A stretch of 40,696 nucleotides of DNA from a virus (Duplodnaviria > Heunggongvirae > Uroviricota > Caudoviricetes). The stretch is taken from IMG/VR virus record IMGVR_UViG_2541047870_000003. One strand, given 5' to 3'. Within the stretch, counting starts at the first letter, position 1. Every line of letters begins with the position of its first letter. Below are positions 9,984-18,584 of the stretch, one piece after another. The translations under genes and the position numbers were made by a program. Under the pieces are notes generated by a model that saw only the letters and a program-made list of their open reading frames with translations, did not search any database and was not told the origin of the DNA.

Positions 9984-10730
9984 ATGAAAAATATTGCGAC
10001 AGGCGATGTTCTTGAACGTATCCGCAGACTGGCCCCGTCACATGTAACCGCGCCATTCAAGACGGTAGCGGAGTGGCGCGAGTGGCAACTTTCCGAAGGC
10101 CAGAAACGTTGTGAGGAGATCAATCGTCAGAATCGTCAGTTGCGGGTGGAAAAAATTCTGAATCGCTCTGGCATCCAGCCATTGCACCGCAAATGCTCGT
10201 TTTCGAATTACCAGGTGCAGAACGAAGGGCAGCGATACGCGTTGAGTCAGGCGAAATCCATCGCTGATGAACTGATGACCGGGTGTACAAATTTTGCGTT
10301 CAGCGGAAAACCTGGTACCGGGAAGAACCACTTAGCGGCAGCTATCGGGAATCGCCTGCTGAAAGACGGTCAGACAGTGATTGTGGTTACCGTGGCTGAT
10401 GTTATGAGTGCCCTGCACGCCAGCTATGACGATGGGCAGTCAGGCGAAAAATTTTTGCGGGAACTGTGCGAAGTGGATCTGCTGGTTCTTGATGAAATTG
10501 GCATTCAGCGCGAGACGAAAAACGAGCAGGTGGTACTGCACCAGATTGTTGATCGCCGGACAGCGTCGATGCGCAGCGTGGGGATGCTGACAAACCTGAA
10601 CTATGAGGCCATGAAAACATTGCTCGGCGAGCGGATTATGGATCGCATGACCATGAACGGCGGGCGATGGGTGAATTTTAACTGGGAGAGCTGGCGTCCG
10701 AATGTCGTCCAGCCAGGAATTGCGAAGTAA
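9984..10730 (+). CDS. ydaV: DnaC/IstB-like AAA+ helicase loader YdaV-like, 248 aa
   Basis: Walker [16 protein letters not shown] and Walker B LLVLDEIG visible in translation. Confidence 0.85.
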
Positions 10731-10752
10731 TTTTTACCGGGAGAAAAATTTA

Positions 10753-11514
10753 ATGGAGACTGTTTTTGACGCACTGAAAGCAATGGGAAAAGCCACATCC
10801 ATAGAACTTGCTGCGCGACTTGATATCAGTCGTGAAGAAGTGCTGAACGAACTATGGGAACTGAAAAAGGCTGGTTTTGTTGATAAAAGCGCGTACACCT
10901 GGCGTGTGGCTGATAACAACGTTCAGCAGGAACAGCCAGCGCAGGCAGAACTGCCGGAAGAAATCACCACAGCAACAGTAGCGAAAATCTCAGAGTGCGA
11001 TTTAACCGCGACGATTGAACAACGAGGACCACAAACGGCTGATGAGCTGGCTACATTGTTTGGTACCACATCACGCAAAGTGGCTTCAACGCTGGCAATG
11101 GCAATCAGCAAAGGTCGTCTGATTCGCGTAAATCAGGGCGGTAAATTTCGTTACTGCATACCGGGCGATAATTTACCAGCAGAGCCGAAAGCAGCATCGG
11201 TAGCGGAAACTGATGGTAAGGCCTTTCCTCAGACCGCAGGTGTTGCGTTACCAGTACAGGAGGCTGCAACACAGGAAGATATTAAAACAGAAACTGTGGC
11301 GGACATTGTGCAGTCGCTGCCATCGTTTACTGAAACGCGAGCGGATGACCTGGTTTTACCATCACTGCATATGGCAAACCGCGAACTGCGTCGGGCGAAA
11401 AATCATGTCCAGAAGTGGGAGCGTGTCTGCGCCGCGCTGCGTGAGTTGAACAAGCACAGGGATATTGTACGACAGATTACTGATTCTTCCCGCCATGTTG
11501 CATCGGAAAAGTGA
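10753..11514 (+). CDS. Hypothetical protein (YdaW-like), start at [13 protein letters not shown]
   Basis: In-frame ATG with upstream purine-rich stretch inside track ORF 10702-11514; N-terminal HTH-like segment; no function assignable. Confidence 0.5.
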
Positions 11515-11529
11515 TTGCCGGAGGCACCT

Positions 11530-11952
11530 ATGGCAAAAGTATTTACACCAGAAGAGCGAGAAAAAATTAAAGGACAGGTTGTTGAACTCGTACGCCAGAG
11601 TGGGCGTGAGACGTTACGGCAACTGGAAGTCAAGACAGGTGCGACAAGATATCTGATGAGCGTTCTCGCAAGAGAGCTGGTTGCCAGCGGCGATGTATGC
11701 AACTCTGGTTACGGGTTATTCCCGTCTGAACAGGCGCGTAAGGACTGGCAAAATGCCCGTAAAAAGCTCTCAAGGGCAAAGCTGAAGAAACCATCTGCGG
11801 TTGATCCGGACCTTATCTGGTCATTACCTGACGGAGAAATACGTCGCTACGACAGGCGTCAGAACATAATCTGTCGCGAGTGCCGGAAGAGTGAAGTTAT
11901 GCAGCGTGTACTGGCGTTTTATCGGGGAAACTTTCAAGAGGTGCTGTTGTGA
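11530..11952 (+). CDS. Hypothetical protein, 140 aa from MAKVFTPEEREKIKG
   Basis: GGAGG 6 nt upstream of ATG 11530; C-terminal CxxC (CRECRKSE). Confidence 0.45.
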   Translation: MAKVFTPEEREKIKGQVVELVRQSGRETLRQLEVKTGATRYLMSVLARELVASGDVCNSGYGLFPSEQARKDWQNARKKLSRAKLKKPSAVDPDLIWSLPDGEIRRYDRRQNIICRECRKSEVMQRVLAFYRGNFQEVLL

Positions 11953-12112
11953 GCCAAATTAATAATCGGAACTTGGTGAAGTGAAAGAGAAAACATAATC
12001 CAAATCTGAATAATTAAATTCAGCACTGTGAATAAAATAGAGTCCTTAACCGGAGGAATTCCTGCACTCTCAAATCATCAGGAGGCCGCCCGAAAAGGCG
12101 GTGGAGATAATA

Positions 12113-12631
12113 ATGGAAATAACTAAAGAACGATTATTGGAAATAGCAAGTCTTAGTGATGGGGCATTAAGTGATGGGAGAATTATTTCTCCTGATGCTT
12201 ATGAATCAGTTACAAGTATAGAAATAATAACGATGGCTAGGATGCTTCTTGCGCGCTTCAAAAAAGAATATAAAAAACAGGTAGATAGCAATGCTAATAT
12301 ATATGATATTTTGGACGGTTGGGGAGCCTGGGCTGTAGCTGAAAATAGTTCTATTGATTGGCAGGAAATAGCTGATAAATATAAAAATGTTGTTCCTCAT
12401 GGTAAAAAATCACGTCGTCAGTGCAGCAATGATGAAGGGGGTATAATTGATACCTGCATGCTGAGGCTTAAACAATATAGGATAGATGACTATGAGTTAA
12501 TTATCGCTCATTTTGTTATGGGAGTTTCATTGCGTTGTTTAGCTAAGATAAACGAATGTTCAGATGGTAAAATAAGGAAAAAAATGCAAATGGCAATGGG
12601 ATTTATTGCAGGTTGTATCTATTACCGTTGA
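12113..12631 (+). CDS. Q82/QuuD-type antitermination protein Q homologue with about 60-aa N-terminal extension, in accessory island
   Basis: C-terminal half shares the pattern I recall from DLP12 QuuD (GAWA, SRxQC, DD, CMxRLK, CSDGxIxK, GFIxG). Start 12113 chosen for GGAG spacing; track ORF starts at GTG 12101. Memory-based. Confidence 0.55.
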   Translation: MEITKERLLEIASLSDGALSDGRIISPDAYESVTSIEIITMARMLLARFKKEYKKQVDSNANIYDILDGWGAWAVAENSSIDWQEIADKYKNVVPHGKKSRRQCSNDEGGIIDTCMLRLKQYRIDDYELIIAHFVMGVSLRCLAKINECSDGKIRKKMQMAMGFIAGCIYYR

Positions 12632-12636
12632 TTTTT

Positions 12637-12659
12637 TAAGGCGAGTTTCTCTCGCCTTA
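12637..12659. other. Perfect 9-bp stem-loop (TAAGGCGAG/CTCGCCTTA) filling the convergent intergenic gap
   Basis: Seen directly; T-run precedes and A-run follows on the plus strand, so not a canonical intrinsic terminator in either direction. Confidence 0.5.
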
Positions 12660-12661
12660 AA

Positions 12662-14095
12662 TTAACTACAGTAACTATTGATTAAGTGAGAACTGAGCCA
12701 AGAGGTAATTGCATTCGTAGCATGTTCATCAAGCATTGAGAATCCTAATATGATCATTATAAATGAAATCAGCAAAGTCAGAATCACAACGAATGTGGCT
12801 ATAATCTGATAAGCTTTGTATGCCTCTCTTAATGGTGTGACTGCAAGATTCTCATAGTCAGTATCATCAAGAAAACCATATAGTTTATCTCTCCAGACTA
12901 GCCTAGTATTATCAAGTATCTTAAAGTAATTTTTATTTATGAAGAGAGTTGTAACCTGAGATATAAAAATATATATAGATAACGCGAAGAACATATATGG
13001 GAATATGTTATTGGTTATATTAATCTTTGATGCGTCTAGCGCATATTTTATTGCAAATAGACTTATAACCAGAGCCAGATCTTTCCAAAGAGCGGATGTG
13101 ATGTCTTTAGACTGACTTATTATTTTTTGCGTGTCTTCAGCTAAGGTTTTCCTTAGATCGGACAGAGATTTAATAGTCTCTCTGCTGCTAGCGCGAATGT
13201 GGGCCTTATATAGTAATTTTGCTGACTCAAAGGCCATAGGGAGTTTTTTTGGTAAACCCTCACAGAAGGATACATACTCTGGCCATTCTCGTGCTAACTC
13301 ACTTGTGAAGAAAGTATGTTTGAGTTCAATCTCATTGCCCTCAATAAAGATCCAGTTTATTACAGTTTGTAAAACTGAATAGTCGGAAAGCAGAATGTCT
13401 GGATCTCCATAAATTAATTTTTTTGGTGGCTTTCCAGTTAAACAAATTGATTTCTTTTCATCTGCTAATAATTCATTAACGAGAGTGCGACAAAGCATAT
13501 TGCAGGAAACTTGTAACCATTTTTTGAAAAAGTTGTCCTCTTCCTCAGGCATTTTATAAAGTACCCAAGGAGCTATATCAGATGCAGGCATGAACTCACT
13601 AGAATAGAATTTAACGTAGCTCTGTAAATTGATTGAAGTTCGTACGGTTTCATTAGGTTCAATTTTTTCTGGAGCATGGTTCCATGGCTCAACAGAATAT
13701 CCTAAAGTTTCAAATCCATGTTTCAAACCGAGAATATTCACTTTATTGGTTATTGATACTAAATCATCATTGTGTAGAAAAACATTCCACCCTTCGAGCG
13801 TAAAAATATACCTGTTATTTTCGAATGCAATGCATTTTAGCGTAATGTTAAGTTTATCACCTTCACTGCATGACGATGGTTTTACTTCATCATTACAGTC
13901 ATCTTTAACAGTAATTTCAATCCAATTTGGTACGTTTTCGTAAACGTACTGCCAAAGAATGAGTGCATCTTTGTCCATTTTGGCAGAAATTAGAACGCGC
14001 GCAGAATCATTTTTTATTGATTCTGATGCCAAAAATTCAGGGTCTTTCCTTGACGCCTGTATAGACTCATCGATTTTTTGAAGTATCGATGTCAT
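12662..14095 (-). CDS. Hypothetical protein, about 477 aa: about 350-aa soluble N-terminal domain plus three predicted C-terminal transmembrane helices; candidate membrane effector
   Basis: Hydrophobic segments LALVISLFAIKYALDAS, IFPYMFFALSIYIFISQVTTLFI, IIATFVVILTLLISFIMIILGF; GAGGA 9 nt upstream of ATG at 14095; 29-nt overlap with upstream gene. Track ORF extends to 14143. Confidence 0.6.
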   Translation of the reverse strand: MTSILQKIDESIQASRKDPEFLASESIKNDSARVLISAKMDKDALILWQYVYENVPNWIEITVKDDCNDEVKPSSCSEGDKLNITLKCIAFENNRYIFTLEGWNVFLHNDDLVSITNKVNILGLKHGFETLGYSVEPWNHAPEKIEPNETVRTSINLQSYVKFYSSEFMPASDIAPWVLYKMPEEEDNFFKKWLQVSCNMLCRTLVNELLADEKKSICLTGKPPKKLIYGDPDILLSDYSVLQTVINWIFIEGNEIELKHTFFTSELAREWPEYVSFCEGLPKKLPMAFESAKLLYKAHIRASSRETIKSLSDLRKTLAEDTQKIISQSKDITSALWKDLALVISLFAIKYALDASKINITNNIFPYMFFALSIYIFISQVTTLFINKNYFKILDNTRLVWRDKLYGFLDDTDYENLAVTPLREAYKAYQIIATFVVILTLLISFIMIILGFSMLDEHATNAITSWLSSHLINSYCS

Positions 14096-15125
14096 CAGTA
14101 ATAATCCTCGCAGTAGTAACAATAATTTGTTTTCGCCCATCATCTAAGTTTCTTATTTCTGGACGGTCATCTTCATTATAACTAATTACTACACTTTCTG
14201 CAGTTTCAATTTTTCGTCTTGGTGGTTTATGAATGCCATCTGCTTTTATAGTAAAGGATTCGCCTTCAATACCAGCATTTTTTGTTTGAGTTTTGAATGT
14301 GTTGAGAATTGGTGATTTTTCATCTAACGGCCCAAAAATGCTGGTCAATAACGGAGAAGCATCTTCAGGATTATATTCGAAATCAGCTCTGCTTAAAACT
14401 TCATATATTTTATTTACGCCGCTTTTTTGAATTGACTCTGGCAATAATTCTTTATGCCTTTTGAAGGTTATTTTCAGCGCATCAATAAGCTTATTGCAAA
14501 GTTCAATTTCAGAGTTGACTCTTTTAACATTTAAGAAGCCTTTAAAATATCCTGAAATATTGGTTCTTTTACTCCTGTCTTTTACAATAACTTTCCCGCC
14601 TTTCCCACTTGGATCAAGTTGAATTAACGCTATTTTTTGCATTGCCTCAGCTTTTTTTACGAAAGTTTCATGAAATCTTTCTAAAGTAGGCATTTGTTCT
14701 TCAGATAACTCTTCGTCAAGAACATAACGAACCACATCTTCATTATCGTATTTTATAATTGCATAGAATTTTTCCTTATCTGAAACCAATTCAAATAAGA
14801 AAAAGCATCCCATACTCGTGTTACCGCTAGAATGGTGTGACTGAAAATCACTGGCCAGTAGCTTCGATTGTTCTGTAAAACAATTAGCTTCAGCATCTGC
14901 TTTATCTCTAATGATACGCAGGATTCTTTCGGTATTTGAATTCTCCAGAAAAGTGAAAAGATTTCCTTTCAGTGAAGATTTGATACGTTCAAGAAAAAAA
15001 TCCACATGCTGAACTGGTTTTATTTCTTTGAGAAGTGTCGGTGCTTCAAGATTCTTACCTACAACGTGAAAGATCATTTTATTAATGACTAAATTTTGTA
15101 CGTCTTGTTCAGAAAGGAAACTCAT
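14067..15125 (-). CDS. Hypothetical soluble protein, 352 aa; weak resemblance to NA37/YejK-type nucleoid-associated proteins; candidate sensor
   Basis: GGAG 5 nt upstream of ATG at 15125; N-terminal INKMIFHVVGK and central GCFFLFELV...FYAIIKY segments resemble YejK as I recall it. Low-certainty, memory-based. Confidence 0.55.
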   Translation of the reverse strand: MSFLSEQDVQNLVINKMIFHVVGKNLEAPTLLKEIKPVQHVDFFLERIKSSLKGNLFTFLENSNTERILRIIRDKADAEANCFTEQSKLLASDFQSHHSSGNTSMGCFFLFELVSDKEKFYAIIKYDNEDVVRYVLDEELSEEQMPTLERFHETFVKKAEAMQKIALIQLDPSGKGGKVIVKDRSKRTNISGYFKGFLNVKRVNSEIELCNKLIDALKITFKRHKELLPESIQKSGVNKIYEVLSRADFEYNPEDASPLLTSIFGPLDEKSPILNTFKTQTKNAGIEGESFTIKADGIHKPPRRKIETAESVVISYNEDDRPEIRNLDDGRKQIIVTTARIITDDIDTSKNR

Positions 15126-15166
15126 CCTGACTCCATAATCAAGCAGATTAGAACTATGACTAGTCT

Positions 15167-15195
15167 AGTATATGCATCTTTTGGTGCGTACGCAA
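15167..15195 (-). promoter_or_regulatory. Candidate sigma70 promoter for the two-gene operon: -35 TTGCGT, 17-bp spacer, -10 TATACT, with 8-bp palindrome GCGTACGC over the -35
   Basis: Seen on the minus strand about 35 nt upstream of the 15125 start codon; hexamers judged by eye. Confidence 0.35.
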
Positions 15196-15454
15196 AAGTT
15201 CTTAAACTCAAAATGTTATCGCGGATAGATCTTTGTAGAGTCAGTGATTGGCGCAGGTAGGTGGTAACAGCAGACAAATAGCTGCGGATACTTGAGGCTA
15301 TCTGCCTCGGGCATGAACATCAAAGGCAGATAGAGAAAAGCCCCAGTTAACATTACGCATCCGGCAAGACGCTTAACATTAATCTGAGGCCAATTTCATG
15401 CTTTGCACATGTAGGTTAGCCTCTTACGTGCCGAAAGGCAAGGAGAAGCAGGCT

Positions 15455-15610
15455 ATGAAGCAGCAAAAGGCGATGTTAGTCGCCCTGATCGTCATCTGTT
15501 TAACCGTTATAGTGACGGTACTGGTAACGAGGAAAGACCTCTGCGAGGTACGAATCCGAACCGACCAGACGGAGGTCGCTGTCTTCACAGCTTACGAACT
15601 TGGGGAGTAA
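15455..15610 (+). CDS. hok: Hok-family type I toxin, 51 aa (MKQQKAMLVALIVICLTVIVTVLVTRKDLCEVRIRTDQTEVAVFTAYELGE)
   Basis: Near-identical to Hok/RelF-family sequences as I recall them; single TM helix; in-frame upstream extension (from 15398) resembles a mok-like leader; 10-bp inverted repeat at 15298-15341 upstream. Confidence 0.8.
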   Translation: MKQQKAMLVALIVICLTVIVTVLVTRKDLCEVRIRTDQTEVAVFTAYELGE

Positions 15611-16072
15611 GAGGACCGGCGGGGAGAAATCCCCGCAACCTCTGATGTATTATGCATCCTCAACGCAGCCACAGTTAACCTGATTGGCGGGTTTATTTCA
15701 TCTGTAAATATATTTATAAAAATAATGCCCACGCACAGCATAAAACAAAAAGTATTACAGATAAAAAAGGAACGTAATGTGCAGATTTGTTGTTTTCCAT
15801 ATTTACTCACCTTAATATGATTAACCCTGATAGGGTTGTTATTTCAGCGGTTTTCAAATGAGATATTATGGTGATCTGGCAGATTTGCATAACATTAAAA
15901 TTTAATTTGTTTAACCGCTTTTAATAATAAGCGTTGTTTGTATCCCAGCAATCTGTTGTTTGGTTTTTATTCCATTAAGGTGGGGCTTTACACTGGAGCC
16001 AGTTTATTTATACTTCATACGTCAGCCTGAACAACTGGCATCTGCTGCGCTGCGCCATCGAGAGATTAAGAA

Positions 16073-16672
16073 ATGGCGCATATACAACTGGTCAAACAAA
16101 CCTCTTCCGGATTACTTCTCCCGGCGACGCCGGAGAGTTGTGATTTTCTGCATCAAATCAAAATAGGCGAGTGGATACACGCAGACTTTAAGCGTGTGCG
16201 TAACTACGCATTCCACAAGCGTTTTTTCAAACTCCTGCAACTGGGATTCGATTACTGGACTCCGGTCGGTGGGGCGATCACGCCACGCGAACGAGAACTG
16301 CTGTCTGGTTTCGTTGATTACCTGTGCGAATCAGTTGGTCGGGAACACACGCCAGCCCTGAGTGAGGCCGCAGAGCAATATCTGAATACAGTTGCGACAC
16401 GCAGAACCCGGGATACGGCATTGCTAAAGTCGTTTGAGGCTTTTCGCGAGTGGGTAACCATTCAGGCTGGATTTTACACCGAACATTTTTATCCGGACGG
16501 TAGCCATGGGCGTCGGGCGAAATCCATCGCTTTTGCGAATATGGATGAAACCGAGTTTCAGCAGGTTTATAAATCTGTTCTGAATGTGCTGTGGAACTGG
16601 ATTCTGTTCCGTAAATTTTCCTCTCCGGAACAAGTCGAAAATGTGGCCGCGCAGCTGCTGGAGTTTGCGTAA
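16073..16672 (+). CDS. DUF1367 family protein (DLP12 YbcN-like), nin-region gene, 199 aa
   Basis: Recalled similarity to YbcN; position upstream of YbcO-like gene and Q. Confidence 0.6.
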   Translation: MAHIQLVKQTSSGLLLPATPESCDFLHQIKIGEWIHADFKRVRNYAFHKRFFKLLQLGFDYWTPVGGAITPRERELLSGFVDYLCESVGREHTPALSEAAEQYLNTVATRRTRDTALLKSFEAFREWVTIQAGFYTEHFYPDGSHGRRAKSIAFANMDETEFQQVYKSVLNVLWNWILFRKFSSPEQVENVAAQLLEFA

Positions 16673-16962
16673 TGGTGGATTTACGTAAAGCGGCGCGGGG
16701 GCAGATGTGCGCCGTCAGAATTCCTGGCTACTGCAATCACGATCCGGAAACGTCTGTGCTGGCGCATTACCGACTGGCGGGAACGTGCGGAACAGCGACA
16801 AAACCACACGATATGCAGGCGGCGATTGCCTGTAGCTCATGCCACGATCTAATCGACGGGCGGGTAAAAACCAGCGATTACACCAAAGAAGAATTACGCC
16901 TGATGCATGCAGAAGGTGTTTTTCGCACACAAGAAATCTGGAGAAAGGAGGGATATTTGTGA
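16672..16962 (+). CDS. DUF1364 family protein (YbcO-like), 96 aa, Cys/His-rich
   Basis: CxxH/CxxC-type motifs (CSSCHDL, CNHD); ATGG start overlaps upstream stop; recalled similarity to YbcO. Confidence 0.65.
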   Translation: MVDLRKAARGQMCAVRIPGYCNHDPETSVLAHYRLAGTCGTATKPHDMQAAIACSSCHDLIDGRVKTSDYTKEELRLMHAEGVFRTQEIWRKEGYL

Positions 16963-17501
16963 TTTACCCAACGAATACAGGAAAAAGCGGAGAACACCTT
17001 CGTCTCGCCACGCTGGAAAGTGTCTGGATTCAGGGCAAACTGCGTATGTGGGGGCGCTGGTCGTATATTGGCGGTGGCAGGTCAGGAAATATGTTCAATC
17101 AGTTGTTGGCATCCAAAAAATTGACGAAAACAGCCATCAATGAAGCCCTGCGCAGAATGAAAAAAGCGGGAATAGAGAAAGCTGAGCTGGAAGCGTTTTT
17201 GCGAGAGATGATCAACGGCAAGCAAAAGAGCTGGCTGGCGCATTGTACTGATGCAGAGGCGTTATGTATTGATCGAGTCATAAGTGAGGTGCTGGCAGAG
17301 CATCCAGGATTGATTAGCGTCCTTCGGCAACGGTATGAGGGGCGGGGGATGACCAAACGCAAAATGGCTGAATTGCTAAATGATGCACACCCAGAGTGGT
17401 GTTTTAGCACATGCGAAAAGCGAATTGCTAATTGGTTGGCCGTTGCTGAGTATGCGCTATACATTCCCATGCGAGAATCATTCGCTCAAAAAACGGCTTG
17501 A
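16959..17501 (+). CDS. Putative late antiterminator Q (positional call), 180 aa from GTG
   Basis: GGAGGG 6 nt upstream of GTG 16959, overlapping upstream stop; last gene before the AT-rich late-promoter region, tRNAs and lysis cassette. Family not recognised with certainty. Confidence 0.5.
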   Translation: MIYPTNTGKSGEHLRLATLESVWIQGKLRMWGRWSYIGGGRSGNMFNQLLASKKLTKTAINEALRRMKKAGIEKAELEAFLREMINGKQKSWLAHCTDAEALCIDRVISEVLAEHPGLISVLRQRYEGRGMTKRKMAELLNDAHPEWCFSTCEKRIANWLAVAEYALYIPMRESFAQKTA

Positions 17502-17586
17502 TTTTTTACGCATAAACTGCTTCAATTTTGCTACGCTTCGCAAAGCTGTATCGCGAGGCGAATCAAGCGCAATTAAACTTTAATAG

Positions 17587-17618
17587 AACCCGCCATCAAG
17601 CGGGTTTTGTTGTTATTG
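17587..17618 (+). terminator. Intrinsic terminator-like hairpin downstream of Q (AACCCGC-catcaa-GCGGGTT followed by TTGTTGTTATTG)
   Basis: Perfect 7-bp stem plus T-rich tail, seen directly. Confidence 0.5.
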
Positions 17619-17821
17619 TGGTGTGATATAAGAAACGACATTTAATATTGCCTTCAAAATAAATTTGTTTATATATTGTCGCGTATATTTTAAGTGAAGG
17701 TGAAATGTTCACATAAAATAAAAATACATAAATAAATTTACATAGCTTGACGCAAAGTGTTGTTGCGATTGGAATATTAAATTGTATCATCGAAAACGGT
17801 TCTGAGGGGGAACTCTTCTTT

Positions 17822-17903
17822 GCTCGGTGATATCGCTCGGTGATATCGCTCGGTGATATCGCTCGGTGATATCGCTCGGTGATATCGCTCGGTGATATCG
17901 CTC
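17822..17903. repeat. Perfect direct tandem repeat: 13-bp unit GCTCGGTGATATC x6 plus 4-nt partial copy; each unit has an EcoRV site
   Basis: Counted by hand from the sequence; units identical. Confidence 0.9.
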
Positions 17904-17918
17904 CCCTGAAGAACCAAT

Positions 17919-17994
<76 letters not shown>

Positions 17995-17997
17995 TAT

Positions 17998-18072
<75 letters not shown>

Positions 18073-18280
18073 GTTAGAGTCTTTCAGTCTGCGATGATGG
18101 GAAATCCCGGAGTGACTGAAAGACGTTTAAGTTATGAATGATCGCTTTTTTTAGCAAAATTGCTGTGCAGAAATACTAACCTTCGGGCAGGCGATCATTC
18201 ATAAGCACTCTGCTTTTATTCCGATTAACTGTGGGTGGTTTGTTGGATAGAGTGCTTTCCTTACTGTATATATTGTTTCG

Positions 18281-18306
18281 CCCGCTTTTGCGGGCTTTTC
18301 TTTTCA
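18281..18306 (+). terminator. Intrinsic terminator (GCCCGC-tttt-GCGGGC followed by TTTTCTTTTC); candidate tR'-like terminator between tRNAs and holin
   Basis: Perfect 6-bp GC stem plus U-tract, seen directly. Confidence 0.6.
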
Positions 18307-18364
18307 AATCCCTTTCATTTCTCAGTGTAAAACTACGCCATCCGTTATTTGCGGAGGTGAGGCT

Positions 18365-18580
18365 ATGAAATCCATGGACAAAATTTCAACGGGCATTGCC
18401 TATGGCACCTCCGCAGGCAGTGCTGGCTACTGGTTTTTACAGTGGCTTGATCAGGTCAGTCCGTCACAGTGGGCTGCGATTGGTGTGCTGGGGAGTCTGG
18501 TTCTGGGCTTCCTGACTTATCTGACAAATCTGTACTTCAAAATCAGAGAAGACAAGCGTAAGGCTGCACGGGGAGAGTAA
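18365..18580 (+). CDS. S: Phage-21-type pinholin S21 with dual-start motif (Met1-Lys-Ser-Met4)
   Basis: [27 protein letters not shown]... matches S21 as recalled; two TM segments; Lys between the two Met codons. Confidence 0.85.
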   Translation: MKSMDKISTGIAYGTSAGSAGYWFLQWLDQVSPSQWAAIGVLGSLVLGFLTYLTNLYFKIREDKRKAARGE

Positions 18581-18584
18581 TTCA

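Noticed and set aside
9548-10123. 191-aa minus-strand ORF across ydaU/ydaV
   Set aside because: Antisense to two co-linear replication genes with clear motifs; Ser/Arg-rich translation typical of a shadow frame.
12637-12659. Bidirectional intrinsic terminator between the Q-like gene and the two-gene operon
   Set aside because: The 9-bp stem is perfect but the T-run precedes the stem and an A-run follows it on both transcribed strands, so it lacks the U-tract needed for canonical termination; kept only as a stem-loop feature.
15592-15810. 72-aa minus-strand ORF overlapping the 3' end of hok
   Set aside because: Starts at GTG immediately after AAGG with no spacer, overlaps the hok 3' region and is AT-biased non-coding-looking sequence; more likely part of hok mRNA structural elements.
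17596-17790. 64-aa minus-strand ORF in the AT-rich region after Q
   Set aside because: Lies in the AT-rich putative late promoter/leader; translation is low-complexity (Ile/Tyr/Lys-rich) and there is no start context.
17822-17903. Possible CRISPR array
   Set aside because: The 13-bp units are contiguous with no spacers and are far shorter than CRISPR repeats; it is a simple tandem repeat.
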